DNA from: Myxococcota bacterium
Lineage (GTDB): Bacteria > Myxococcota > SpSt-1050
Assembly (NCBI GenBank): GCA_049969675.1
Contig: JBMFOP010000094.1
Location: 1 to 11,908 of the forward strand
Reading direction: 5' to 3'
DNA length: 11,908 nucleotides
Under the pieces are notes generated by a model. It was not told where the DNA came from and ran no database searches. It saw only the letters and a program-made list of their open reading frames with translations. This document shows positions 1 to 8,286 of this stretch, piece after piece; the first letter of the stretch is position 1, and each line of letters opens with the position of its first letter. The translations under genes and the position numbers were made by a program.

Positions 1-1
1 G

Positions 2-85
2 AGACATAAAGAGGATAAGAGAGATTTAATAAGAGCAAAAGAGGAGAAGAGGAGGCTTGATAGAATCCTCAAGCCTCGCAGATAA
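2..85 (+). CDS. smpB: 3' end of probable SsrA-binding protein SmpB (partial, starts before the window)
   Basis: Frame 2 is open from base 2 to TAA at 83-85 and reads RHKEDKRDLIRAKEEKRRLDRILKPRR*. The DKR motif followed by a basic helical tail matches the SmpB C-terminal tail. Only 27 codons are visible. Confidence 0.6.
   Translation, partial: RHKEDKRDLIRAKEEKRRLDRILKPRR
52..77 (-). terminator. Perfect 9-bp hairpin, possible terminator for the DUF2892 gene
   Basis: GAGGCTTGA (52-60), 8-nt loop, TCAAGCCTC (69-77). It lies 12 nt past the minus-strand stop at 90 and is followed by a pyrimidine tract (CTCTTCTCCTCTTTT) rather than a clean U-run. It sits inside the putative smpB tail. Confidence 0.4.
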
Positions 86-89
86 AAAA

Positions 90-281
90 CTACTTCTCTG
101 TATTTTTACAGGTTGAAAATTTCAAGGGTAAATATAATGGGCAAATCTTGAAAATGGCTGTAAATAATGGAATAAGACCGATAAGCCCCAGATAGCTCTG
201 AAAATATATCCCAAGTGCCAATATTATTAATCCCAAAATTAATCTTAAAACTCTGTCAAAACCACCAACATTGCATGTCAT
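90..281 (-). CDS. DUF2892/YgaP-family small inner-membrane protein (63 aa)
   Basis: MTCNVGGFDRVLRLILG...GLIPLFTAIFKICPLYLPLKFST matches the NVGxxDR...CPxY family pattern with two hydrophobic helices. A strong RBS GGAGGTG (286-292) precedes ATG 281, so the start is 281 rather than 365. Confidence 0.9.
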   Translation of the reverse strand: MTCNVGGFDRVLRLILGLIILALGIYFQSYLGLIGLIPLFTAIFKICPLYLPLKFSTCKNTEK

Positions 282-373
282 AGCACACCTCCATATATTA
301 TTCTGATGCAGATTATATAAAAAAGATTCAATGGCATCATAATTATTGCACTTTACAATATACATTTTCTATC

Positions 374-763
374 CACATCTGTTGAAAATAATTTTTTTAA
401 TATGGAAAGCCTCTATAGGATGAAACTATCTCGTCAGACAAAAACTCTGAAAGGAAGATTCTTATGAATAATTATAGTAGTATTTTTTATGATTGGTGTA
501 AGCAAATTACATGGATATTTTCAGAGGATAAATTCAATAAGATAGTAGGAGAGGGGTCAGAGAGAGAAACAAATGAATTTAGTTGTTGTGGACAAATAAA
601 CCCCCCAAAAACTATAATTATGTGTTATAGGTGTTTGTCAGGTAAATAATTTTCAATAATCTATTCTGGTGTTTAAAAGGCGTTTAAAAGATGAGTGTGT
701 TTATCATATCTATTTGAATTGAGCCTTATTTTTATCAACAGAAGCACTGAACAATAAGATAGT
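374..763 (+). mobile_element. Decayed IS4-family element, copy C (left TIR plus 5' transposase remnant)
   Basis: Left end CACATCTGTTGAAAATAA (374-391). ORF 464-649 (MNNYSSIF...FSEDKFNKIV...EFSCCGQI) resembles the DUF4372 N-terminus of IS4 transposases. It shares blocks with copies A/B, e.g. TTTAGTTGTTG 578-588, GAGCCTTATTTT 721-732, and CAATAAGATAGT 752-763 identical to 8037-8048. The right boundary is uncertain and may be AGATGTG at 898-904. Confidence 0.7.
464..649 (+). pseudogene. Truncated N-terminal fragment of an IS4-family (DUF4372) transposase
   Basis: Similar to the recalled DUF4372 pattern MNxxxSIFSQLLQLFxxxEFxKxVxExxAERxAxGFSCWGQF. Similarity is lost after FSCCGQ. Confidence 0.6.
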
Positions 764-931
764 ATTTGAATGATTTCAATAAGTTAGATTTACTTCTAAT
801 AAATTTATAAAAAACTTTAAAATTTGTGTTAACTATTTGATATATCATTATTTTTAGACAATGCCCATTTTTAATATTTAATAGATAAGGCTCCCAAAGA
901 TGTGATATTATCACAACTATAAAAATAGATG

Positions 932-956
932 ATTCCAGGATATTAGATTCTGGAAT
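932..956 (-). terminator. Hairpin downstream of ogt, possible operon terminator
   Basis: ATTCCAGGAT-ATTAG-ATTCTGGAAT forms a 10-bp stem with one imperfect pair, about 60 nt past the ogt stop. On the minus strand it is followed by CATCTATTTTTAT. Confidence 0.3.
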
Positions 957-1017
957 AGTTGCAAATAAGCACATTTGCGAGTAATATGAACATAATATAT
1001 TAGTAAATACAGATATT

Positions 1018-1560
1018 TCAAAACTCATATATTCTGCAGTGCTCAATTTTACAATTATTTACTTTTATACCTTCATTCTTAAGTAGTAAAATTTTAAGTT
1101 TGACACCCATTGGGTTTGTAAATCCCCCAATTTTGAGGTCTTTCATAACCACACGATGGCAGGGGACTATTATCTGCAATCTATTGTGAGATAGGGCTCT
1201 TCCAATATACCTGTTTGCTTTATTTCCAAATACATGTTTTGCAAGAATGCCGTAAGTGGTTACACTCCCCGATGGAACTTCCATAAGAGCCTTGTATATC
1301 TTAATTTCTCTCTCACTATATCCAGTGAAGTCTGTATTTACCTTGATTTTATATTTACTATTCTGGATGTATGAAGTAATTTCCTCAATTAGCCTATCTA
1401 AGTGTCGTCTGATAGTTATAGATTCAATGTGAGGTGAATTTATAATAGTCCGATTATAAATATGAGGCTGGATTCTCTCTATTCTGAAGGAATAGATTCC
1501 CATATCAGTAATCTCAGCAAAAAATTCAAATGTGTTGTATTTAAATTTTATTTCAAACAT
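1018..1560 (-). CDS. ogt: Methylated-DNA-[protein]-cysteine S-methyltransferase (O6-alkylguanine alkyltransferase)
   Basis: Active-site IIVPCHRVV, VPSGSVTTYGILA HTH region, RYIGRALSHN and KILLLKNEG C-terminus. The start overlaps the miaA end (1548-1560). Confidence 0.92.
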   Translation of the reverse strand: MFEIKFKYNTFEFFAEITDMGIYSFRIERIQPHIYNRTIINSPHIESITIRRHLDRLIEEITSYIQNSKYKIKVNTDFTGYSEREIKIYKALMEVPSGSVTTYGILAKHVFGNKANRYIGRALSHNRLQIIVPCHRVVMKDLKIGGFTNPMGVKLKILLLKNEGIKVNNCKIEHCRIYEF

Positions 1561-2456
1561 ATCTCAATATATCTGAAAATCTCATCAATAGATTCTATCC
1601 CGTTGAATATCTTACCCTCTGAATGTCTGAACCAGGTCATCTGCCTCTTTGCATATTGCCTCGTCCTTCTGGCGGTCATCTCTATCGCATCTTTTAATTC
1701 AATCTCATTTTTAATATATCTGTATGTCTCATAATACCCTATAGCATTGAATGCGTGTGAGTCTATATAATCATTCTCCATCAGAAATTTGGTCTCTTCA
1801 ATAATTCCATTTTTGAAGATATCCTCTGTCCTCTTCTCAATCCTTTTATAGAGGATTTCTCTGTCGGGTATTATTCTGATGGATATATGTTCATATCTCT
1901 TCTGGTTAAATCTATGGCTTTTATGAAACTGGCTGAATCCCTGTTTGGTAAATAGTAGGACTTCAAGTGCCCTCTCAATCCGCTGACTATCAGTTTTACT
2001 AATCTTGATGGCATATTCTGGATCGCTTTTTATGAGTAATTCGTAACAATATGAGAGTCCTTTCTCTCTTATAATCTCTTTTGCTAACCTCCTAAATTCT
2101 TCTGGAATATCTGGAATAGGGGCTATTCCCCCAATGAGTGCCTTAATATATAAACCAGTTCCACCCACAATGAGTGGTATCTTATTTCTATCTATGACAT
2201 CTAATATTCTCTCATCTGCCATCCTGATAAACTTCCCTGCATTTATCTTTTCATCAGGTAGAAGTATATTGTACAGATGGTGAACCGCCATCTCCCTCTC
2301 CTCTTCTGTAGGTGAGGCAGTCCCAATCTCCATATATTTAAAAAATTGTCTTGAATCTGCGTTGATAATCTCACATCCGAACCTTTTTGAGACTTCAATT
2401 GCTATTCTGCTCTTACTGCTTGCCGTAGGACCAAAGATGAGGATAATCTTATTCAT
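1548..2456 (-). CDS. miaA: tRNA dimethylallyltransferase
   Basis: GPTAS(S)KS P-loop, EIINADSRQ, IGTASP, VGGTGLY, QRIERALEV, AIGY and TRQYAKRQMTWFR motifs. Confidence 0.97.
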   Translation of the reverse strand: MNKIILIFGPTASSKSRIAIEVSKRFGCEIINADSRQFFKYMEIGTASPTEEEREMAVHHLYNILLPDEKINAGKFIRMADERILDVIDRNKIPLIVGGTGLYIKALIGGIAPIPDIPEEFRRLAKEIIREKGLSYCYELLIKSDPEYAIKISKTDSQRIERALEVLLFTKQGFSQFHKSHRFNQKRYEHISIRIIPDREILYKRIEKRTEDIFKNGIIEETKFLMENDYIDSHAFNAIGYYETYRYIKNEIELKDAIEMTARRTRQYAKRQMTWFRHSEGKIFNGIESIDEIFRYIEICLK

Positions 2457-4184
2457 CTATTTTCTCTCAAATCTTTTCTCAATCTCATCGATTGTAATCT
2501 CAAAATATACGGGCCTTCCGTGAGGGCAGGCAATAGAGAAGTCTGTTCTATCCATATCAATAAGCAACCTCTTTATTTCAATCTCGCTGAGTGTCTTCTT
2601 CCCTCTTACAGATGCGTGGCAGGCGGTAGTTGCTGCTATTTCAGATAGAATCATTTCATTGTTTAGTCTTGTAAAATCTTCATTCAGTGAGTTGACTATG
2701 TTTATAAATATCTCTTCATTGAAATCCGTTGTGAGGGCCACTGGAATTCCTTTTACAATGGCTGTGTTCTCCTGAAATATCTCTATCTCAAAGCCTATGT
2801 GTATGAGTTGCTCCATAAATATCCTGACTCTCATTATTTGAGATGGATTGAGTTCAATTGTGAGCGGGATTAGCATCCTCTGTGTAATAGAGCCTTTATT
2901 ATGCACCCCGTTGATAATATTGTTATATAAGATTCTCTCCTGTGCGGCGTGCTGATCAATTAAGATAAGAGAGTCTTTTCCCTCCAGTATAATAAATCTA
3001 TCCTTAAACTGACCAATAATCCTTAAAGAAGAGAAGTATCCAGATTCAACAAATATATTCTGTGTTTGAGTCTCTGTATTAAAATATCTCTTTTCAGATC
3101 TTTGTGTTGAATTATAGTTAGTAAAGTTATTGGAAGATTCGCTTATCTTTAAGAGCGAGTTTGCAGTAACCGGCATTGTGGATGGAATGTTAATGTTGAA
3201 TGATTGTGTTTTTATATTATCTTTTAGAATATTCAATACTTCAGAATATACCCTGTTTGTATCTCTAAATCTTATTTCGGTCTTCTGTGGATGAACATTT
3301 ACATCAATCTCTTTGGGATCAATTCTCAAGAATAACACCGCCACCGGGTATCTCATAGTTGGGAGAATATTGGAATATGCCTCGATGATTGCCCTTTTTA
3401 GAAGTCTGTCATTTACGAATCTGTTGTTGACATATGTATATATTCCTCTCTGGTCTGGTATGGATAACGAGTGAGTACTCCCAATAAATTTAAGAGATAT
3501 GTAGTTCCCTATAGCATCAAACTCTCTTATATTTTCCTCCGAATATTCCCTGAATACAGAGAGGATTCTTGTTAAAAAATCCTTTTGCGAAAAATACTCC
3601 TGCAGAATCCTTTTTGAGGAGAGGAGTTTGAAATGAATCTTGGGATGTGCGATTACATATCTGATAAATGTATCGGTGATGGAGAGCATTTCTGTTGAAT
3701 CTGTCTTTAAGAATTTCTTTCTAACGGGTAGATTATAAAACAGGTCCTTAATTGTTACCGTTGTTCCTTTTGGGGCAGCTGTCTCTTTGATAGATTTTAT
3801 CTCTGAATTTTCAACCTCCATTAGATATGCCTCAGTCCCGGTTGAACTGACAATACTCAATCTTGCAACAGCGGCAATTGAGGCCAGTGCCTCACCTCTA
3901 AATCCCATTGTATAGGTATTATTCAAATCTTCAATCTTCTTTATCTTTGAGGTTGCAAATCTCTCTATTGTTAGTGGAAGATCATCTCTCTCTATACCGC
4001 AACCATTGTCAGTAACCCTTATTAGTTCTTTTCCGCCTTTTATGATCTCTATCTCAATGTAATCGGCACCGGCATCAATTGAGTTTTCAATTAGTTCTTT
4101 TACTGCATTTGAGGGCCTTATAATTACCTCGCCTGCGGATATCTTTGATATCGTCTCCTTATCAAGCCTGATGATTCTATTCAT
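2457..4184 (-). CDS. mutL: DNA mismatch repair endonuclease MutL (575 aa)
   Basis: ISAGEVI, KELIENSIDAG, DNGCG, ATSKI, GFRGEALASI, DVNVHPQK, and endonuclease motifs DQHAAQER, ACH, CPHGRP, FER. Start placed at ATG 4184 (MNRIIRLD) after the RBS-like AGGAAAGG. The stop abuts the miaA start. Confidence 0.97.
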   Translation of the reverse strand: MNRIIRLDKETISKISAGEVIIRPSNAVKELIENSIDAGADYIEIEIIKGGKELIRVTDNGCGIERDDLPLTIERFATSKIKKIEDLNNTYTMGFRGEALASIAAVARLSIVSSTGTEAYLMEVENSEIKSIKETAAPKGTTVTIKDLFYNLPVRKKFLKTDSTEMLSITDTFIRYVIAHPKIHFKLLSSKRILQEYFSQKDFLTRILSVFREYSEENIREFDAIGNYISLKFIGSTHSLSIPDQRGIYTYVNNRFVNDRLLKRAIIEAYSNILPTMRYPVAVLFLRIDPKEIDVNVHPQKTEIRFRDTNRVYSEVLNILKDNIKTQSFNINIPSTMPVTANSLLKISESSNNFTNYNSTQRSEKRYFNTETQTQNIFVESGYFSSLRIIGQFKDRFIILEGKDSLILIDQHAAQERILYNNIINGVHNKGSITQRMLIPLTIELNPSQIMRVRIFMEQLIHIGFEIEIFQENTAIVKGIPVALTTDFNEEIFINIVNSLNEDFTRLNNEMILSEIAATTACHASVRGKKTLSEIEIKRLLIDMDRTDFSIACPHGRPVYFEITIDEIEKRFERK

Positions 4185-4199
4185 ATAATATACCTTTCC

Positions 4200-4226
4200 T
4201 TGACAAAAGAAGAAATCTGCTATAGA
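4200..4226 (+). promoter_or_regulatory. Possible sigma70 promoter for the SDR-acyltransferase operon
   Basis: Perfect TTGACA at 4200-4205 and TGC-TATAGA at 4218-4226 (extended -10-like, but short 15-nt spacer and imperfect -10), in the 84-bp divergent gap. Confidence 0.3.
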
Positions 4227-4268
4227 CAGATAGATATTAAGCAACTTTTTTTGAGAAATCAATTAGTT

Positions 4269-5261
4269 ATGAGACATTCAAAGAATCAAAAGAAGAAGGT
4301 AGCAATCACCGGAGCATTTGGCTTTATAGGTTCTCATCTGATCCCTCTTCTGGATTCAGATAGTAGATATTCAAAGATTGTGGCTCTTGATATAAAATCT
4401 CCACCTTTCTTTGCAAAGAAGCTTTCATATTACAATGTTGATTTGACTGCCCCATCTGCTGAGGCGGAACTCTCAAGGATTCTTAAGAGAGAGAAGGTGG
4501 ATACTGTCCTGCATCTTGCATTTCTATCAAATCCGGTCTCCAATATAGAGTGGGTTCACGAACTTGAATCAGTTGGCACTTTCAAACTCCTCAATGTATG
4601 CTCAAACTCCGAGATAAAGAGATTAATAATGTGGTCAACTACAATGGTCTATGGTGCATATCCTGATAACCCCAACTATCTTACAGAAGAACATAAGAGG
4701 AGGGGATGTCCGGGATTTTCTTTTGTTCAGGACAAGCTTGAGGCGGAGAAGGCTGTGATTGATTTTGCTCAAAAAAATGCTGATTTCAGATATACAATAC
4801 TCAGAACCTGTACTATAGTAGGTCCTACAGTGGACAATATCTTTACCTCGTTATTTTCAAGAAATTATGTCCCTGTTGTAATGGGCTATGACCCTCTAAT
4901 GCAGTTTATTCATGAGGTAGATGTAATAGATGTCTTTAAGTTTGTACTTGATAGAGATGTGGTCGGTGAGGTAAATGTGGCAGCAGATGGGGTACTACCT
5001 ATATCAGAAATCTTAAGGCTTGGAAATATTGCACCTATCCCGATTCCATATTTTATATTCAAGAATGTTATTTCGTTTTTGTGGAATGGACAGTTGATAA
5101 GATTTCCTGCTGGTTTTATAAATTATATGAAGTATGTCTGGAATGTGGAGAACGAAAAATTGACCAAAAGGATAGGCTTTACGCCAAAATATTCCTCGCT
5201 TGAGGCAATCAAAAATTATCTTGGGACAAGGAGGCTTCGCAGGATAGAGCTTGCGAATTGA
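4269..5261 (+). CDS. NAD-dependent epimerase/dehydratase-family (atypical extended SDR) protein
   Basis: VAITGAFGFIG Rossmann motif, VLHLAF, STTMVYGA, ILRTCTIVGP, MQFIHEVDV. ATG 4269 is preferred over the TTG at 4200. The catalytic YxxxK position reads FVQDK. Confidence 0.88.
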   Translation: MRHSKNQKKKVAITGAFGFIGSHLIPLLDSDSRYSKIVALDIKSPPFFAKKLSYYNVDLTAPSAEAELSRILKREKVDTVLHLAFLSNPVSNIEWVHELESVGTFKLLNVCSNSEIKRLIMWSTTMVYGAYPDNPNYLTEEHKRRGCPGFSFVQDKLEAEKAVIDFAQKNADFRYTILRTCTIVGPTVDNIFTSLFSRNYVPVVMGYDPLMQFIHEVDVIDVFKFVLDRDVVGEVNVAADGVLPISEILRLGNIAPIPIPYFIFKNVISFLWNGQLIRFPAGFINYMKYVWNVENEKLTKRIGFTPKYSSLEAIKNYLGTRRLRRIELAN

Positions 5262-5264
5262 TAT

Positions 5265-6239
5265 ATGTCTGAAGAACTAAGAACACAGGAAGAGAAATTT
5301 ATAAATGAGATTATTGGAACGATAGGCGGAATAGGTGAGGAGTTGCGGGATACAAGTAGCAGACTCCTGAAGAAATCACCTAAGGAGATAATTGGTGGAA
5401 TAATAAAAGCTACAAGAGATATAATAACCCTTGATTATTTTACCAATAAGAAAGATAGGGATGTAATTGATTTAACACCTGTAAATATAGATGATTTTGG
5501 TTTCGACAGCAGATATTTTGAGATGGTGCGTGGTTTTTACGAATTTCTATTTTACAAATATTTCAGGACAGCCATTAAAGGGATAAAGAATGTCCCTGAT
5601 AATGGTGGTTTGATTCTTGTCTCCAATCATTCAGGTGCTCTGCCGCTTGATGGGATTATGCTTAGAATATCGTTGCTCAACGAACATCCTTCTCAAATAG
5701 ATATAAGATTTCTAATTGAGGATTATATTTACCATCTACCTTTTGCCGGGACTTTTATGAACAGGATTGGGGCAGTAAGGGCATGCAGAGAGAACGCAGA
5801 GAGATTGCTCAAGAAGGGGATGGCTATTGCACTCTTCCCCGAGGGGATTCTGGGGATTTCAAAACTCTATAAAGATAGATACAAGATTCAGAGATTTGGA
5901 AGAGGCGGCGTAATAAAACTTGCCATAAGAAATAAAGTCCCGATAATTCCAGTCGCAATAGTGGGTGCTGAGGAATCTTACCCTATGATATATAAAATAA
6001 AGAGATTCGCTGGTTTATTAGGGCTGCCTTATATTCCCGTTACATATACGTTTCCTTTTCTTGGACCATTGGGGCTATTTCCTCTCCCATCTAAGTGGAT
6101 GATTCAATTTGGTGAACCTATCAGGTTTGATAAACTCAAAAGGGAAGATGCTGAAGACCCAGCCCTTGTATCTGGATATAATGAGTCTTTGAGAAATAAT
6201 ATTCAAAATATGGTTAATGAACTATTAGCCGCAAGGTAG
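5265..6239 (+). CDS. Lysophospholipid/glycerol acyltransferase family protein (PlsC-like, MGAT/DGAT2-like subgroup)
   Basis: NHSGALPLD (HxxxxD), LFPEG, FGRGG, VPIIPVAIVGAEE, PLPSKWMIQFGEPI and N-terminal DDFGFD. It starts 3 nt after the SDR stop. Confidence 0.9.
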   Translation: MSEELRTQEEKFINEIIGTIGGIGEELRDTSSRLLKKSPKEIIGGIIKATRDIITLDYFTNKKDRDVIDLTPVNIDDFGFDSRYFEMVRGFYEFLFYKYFRTAIKGIKNVPDNGGLILVSNHSGALPLDGIMLRISLLNEHPSQIDIRFLIEDYIYHLPFAGTFMNRIGAVRACRENAERLLKKGMAIALFPEGILGISKLYKDRYKIQRFGRGGVIKLAIRNKVPIIPVAIVGAEESYPMIYKIKRFAGLLGLPYIPVTYTFPFLGPLGLFPLPSKWMIQFGEPIRFDKLKREDAEDPALVSGYNESLRNNIQNMVNELLAAR

Positions 6240-6268
6240 TTTTGGATTCTATATTTATAACTTCTAAC

Positions 6269-6358
6269 AACATCTGGCCAGAATTATTTATTTGGATGTG
6301 GGGGCCTCGGTATCGTAAGATTATTTTGTCAAGCAACCCCTTTTTTACAAATAGTTAA
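6269..6358 (+). mobile_element. Miniature remnant of the same IS4-derived element (copy D)
   Basis: ACATCTGGCCAGAATTATTT (6270-6289) resembles the left TIR. CCTTTTTTACAAATAGTTAA (6339-6358) matches the right-hand block of copy B (minus-strand CCTTATTTTACAAATAGTTAA, 11065-11085). GGATTCTATATTT (6244-6256) is identical to 11084-11096. Confidence 0.5.
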
Positions 6359-6402
6359 TCTGTTAATTTAGAGAAGTTTGAATACCGGAGATATCAACCG
6401 AA

Positions 6403-7377
6403 TTATATATTCTCTATTTTATATAGCCAATCAGAGAAGGGTTCAAAAAACATCTTTTGTGAATATCTACTAATATATAGATCAGCGTGGGCAAACTTTA
6501 TATTCTCATCCCCTACTATTAATTCATCCTTAATCTTTGAGGATGCGATGGCGAGTGGAAATCGGACAGTCTCGGGTGGAACTATGCCGTCAGCATTTGC
6601 AATAAGACATAAAAGGGGTTTGGTAAATTTTCTAAATTCCTCGGTAATATTCTTCCCTTCAAATATCAGGTCTTTATTGCTCATCCAGACAGATATCTCA
6701 GCATTTATAAATCTATTTGGGTCCTCTACCGTCTGGGTAAATTCTTCTGCCTTTGACATATCTATATGTTCTGAGTGTAGATAAATAGAGAGAAGAGGAG
6801 TCTTACTGATTACCGGGAGGAACATTTTTGCAAGTTCACGAGACCTCTTGAATTTGATATTCTTCATTATAGTGGAGGAGTAGAAGGCAGCCCTGATTAT
6901 TGGATGAATCTTAATCCATCTGAGTGGTCCACCCAGATTGGTAAATGACCTGATATTGTCTTCGCCAAAGAATGCAAAATATATAAAGCCGATGCTCGCA
7001 CCCAATGAACAGGAGAGAAAATGAATATCTTTTCTATGAGATGTGCAATTCTCCTTAATGAAGTTAACTGTTGCGGAAAGGTCATATTGTGCAATGTCAA
7101 GGAGACTATACTCTTCTTCCCTATCCTTATCATAGCAGCGTGATCTCCTCATCTGCCTGAAGTTTATCATATAGACCTCAAACCCCCTATCTGCCACATA
7201 TTGTGCAAGGGACTTCCCATTTGGATGGTAATTAAATATAAATGAGTTCATCCCATAGCCCGGAATAAAGAGGGCGGGGGAGAGTGTTTTACTATATTTC
7301 TTTGTGTTTATTAATCTCTCAAGTGAGAGCTCCCATCCATCATTATTGTTGACTACATACTCTGATAATTTATACAT
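6403..7377 (-). CDS. Alpha/beta-fold hydrolase (lipase/esterase, PhaC-like architecture)
   Basis: LFIPGYGMN oxyanion region, GFEVYMINFR, nucleophile elbow FLSCSLGAS, Asp in ANADGIVPPE and His in FAHADLY. AGGAGA lies upstream. Confidence 0.88.
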   Translation of the reverse strand: MYKLSEYVVNNNDGWELSLERLINTKKYSKTLSPALFIPGYGMNSFIFNYHPNGKSLAQYVADRGFEVYMINFRQMRRSRCYDKDREEEYSLLDIAQYDLSATVNFIKENCTSHRKDIHFLSCSLGASIGFIYFAFFGEDNIRSFTNLGGPLRWIKIHPIIRAAFYSSTIMKNIKFKRSRELAKMFLPVISKTPLLSIYLHSEHIDMSKAEEFTQTVEDPNRFINAEISVWMSNKDLIFEGKNITEEFRKFTKPLLCLIANADGIVPPETVRFPLAIASSKIKDELIVGDENIKFAHADLYISRYSQKMFFEPFSDWLYKIENI

Positions 7378-7521
7378 ACTTCCGATATATTCTCCTTTAA
7401 ATAATCCGAATCCTATGTAGCATATTTTTTGGAATTTGTAATAATAAAATCGTCATAAATTATGTTATGAATTATAACTTAATGTAACGAAATGATGGGA
7501 GCTTGATTTTCAGTACAATAA

Positions 7522-8079
7522 CACATCTGACCAAAATAAATTTTTAGGGGAAGACTTTACGAGGCGTTGCTTCGCTCTGCCATTTCACCTAAACGGCACC
7601 TATGGTTTTTACAGATATTTTTAGAGGATGAGTTTTACAAGGCAGCATATATGAGACAGAGGCTGATTTTGGAGCAATGTAATTTTAGTTGTTGAGGGTA
7701 ATTTTTAGTGATGTTACTATGCAAATTAGGGTTGGCTCATTCATTAAGTGGATTTCTTCTATTCAAATGGAACATATAGTGAAAGCCCTTATTTGGTTTA
7801 ATTATGACATTTATTATGAGACAAAACACCTGCCGGGTTTTATAAATTGGTTTACCTTACAGGGAGTAATGGAAATAGAATAAATCATTTGAGACTTATC
7901 TACAATGCCAGATGAAGAGCAAAAAGCATTAAATGGTAATTTAAGTTGGACAGGCCTTTTAATAGATAGTGTATTGAAGAAAGGTGGTAATCTAATTTTG
8001 AAAATATGGATTTAAAAGTTCAGAGCCCTTATTTTGCAATAAGATAGTTTGTGAGTTTAGACTATTGGGGGCAATAATG
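7522..8079 (+). mobile_element. Decayed IS4-family element, copy A (internally deleted, transposase pseudogene fragment)
   Basis: Left TIR-like CACATCTGACCAAAATAA (7522-7539). 7684-7746 translates FSC*G*FLVMLLCKLGLAHSL, matching the DUF4372 pattern FSCWGQFVAMLFCQLGxAHSL with W->TGA and Q->TAA. 7671-7703 is 28/33 identical to the reverse complement of 11278-11310. 7941-7967 and 7988-8010 match 11128-11153 and 11088-11110. Eroded right TIR at 8062-8079. Confidence 0.8.
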
Positions 8080-8138
8080 GATGTTCTTTGTGTTTTAACA
8101 AATTGAGTGGACGGAGAAAATCATCAGGTAGATTTATG

Positions 8139-8170
8139 TTGCAATTTCTGTTCTTTTGGTGTTATACAAT
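8139..8170 (+). promoter_or_regulatory. Probable promoter of the tRNA-Ser/ffs/dnaX operon
   Basis: TTGCAA at 8139-8144 and TG-T-TATACA/TACAAT at 8160-8170, ending 13 nt before the first tRNA. Confidence 0.45.
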
Positions 8171-8183
8171 AAACTCTCTGCCT

Positions 8184-8272
8184 GGAGAGATGTCCGAGAG
8201 GTCGAAGGAGCTCCGCTCGAAACGGAGTGTCCCCTCCGGGGACCGGGGGTTCGAATCCCTCTCTCTCCGCCA
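8184..8272 (+). tRNA. tRNA-Ser (anticodon CGA)
   Basis: Acceptor stem GGAGAGA/TCTCTCC, discriminator G and encoded CCA, anticodon arm CTCCG-CT-CGA-AA-CGGAG (anticodon 8218-8220), long variable arm GTCCCC-TCC-GGGGAC, T-loop GGTTCGAATCC. Confidence 0.97.
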
Positions 8273-8286
8273 GAGTCAAGGAGTAT

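Noticed and set aside
735..1046. 103-aa minus-strand ORF overlapping the ogt end
   Set aside because: AT-rich I/F/K/N-biased composition, no recognisable motif, and it runs across repeat fragments and hairpins.
4185..4268. Long overlapping starts for mutL (4262) and the SDR (4200)
   Set aside because: They would overlap head-to-head. Family similarity begins at MNRIIRLD and MRHSK/KVAITG, and an RBS-like site supports 4184.
7689..7883. 64-aa ORF in the hydrolase-tRNA gap
   Set aside because: It is an off-frame reading of the IS4 pseudogene. The transposase-like frame is a different one and contains stops.
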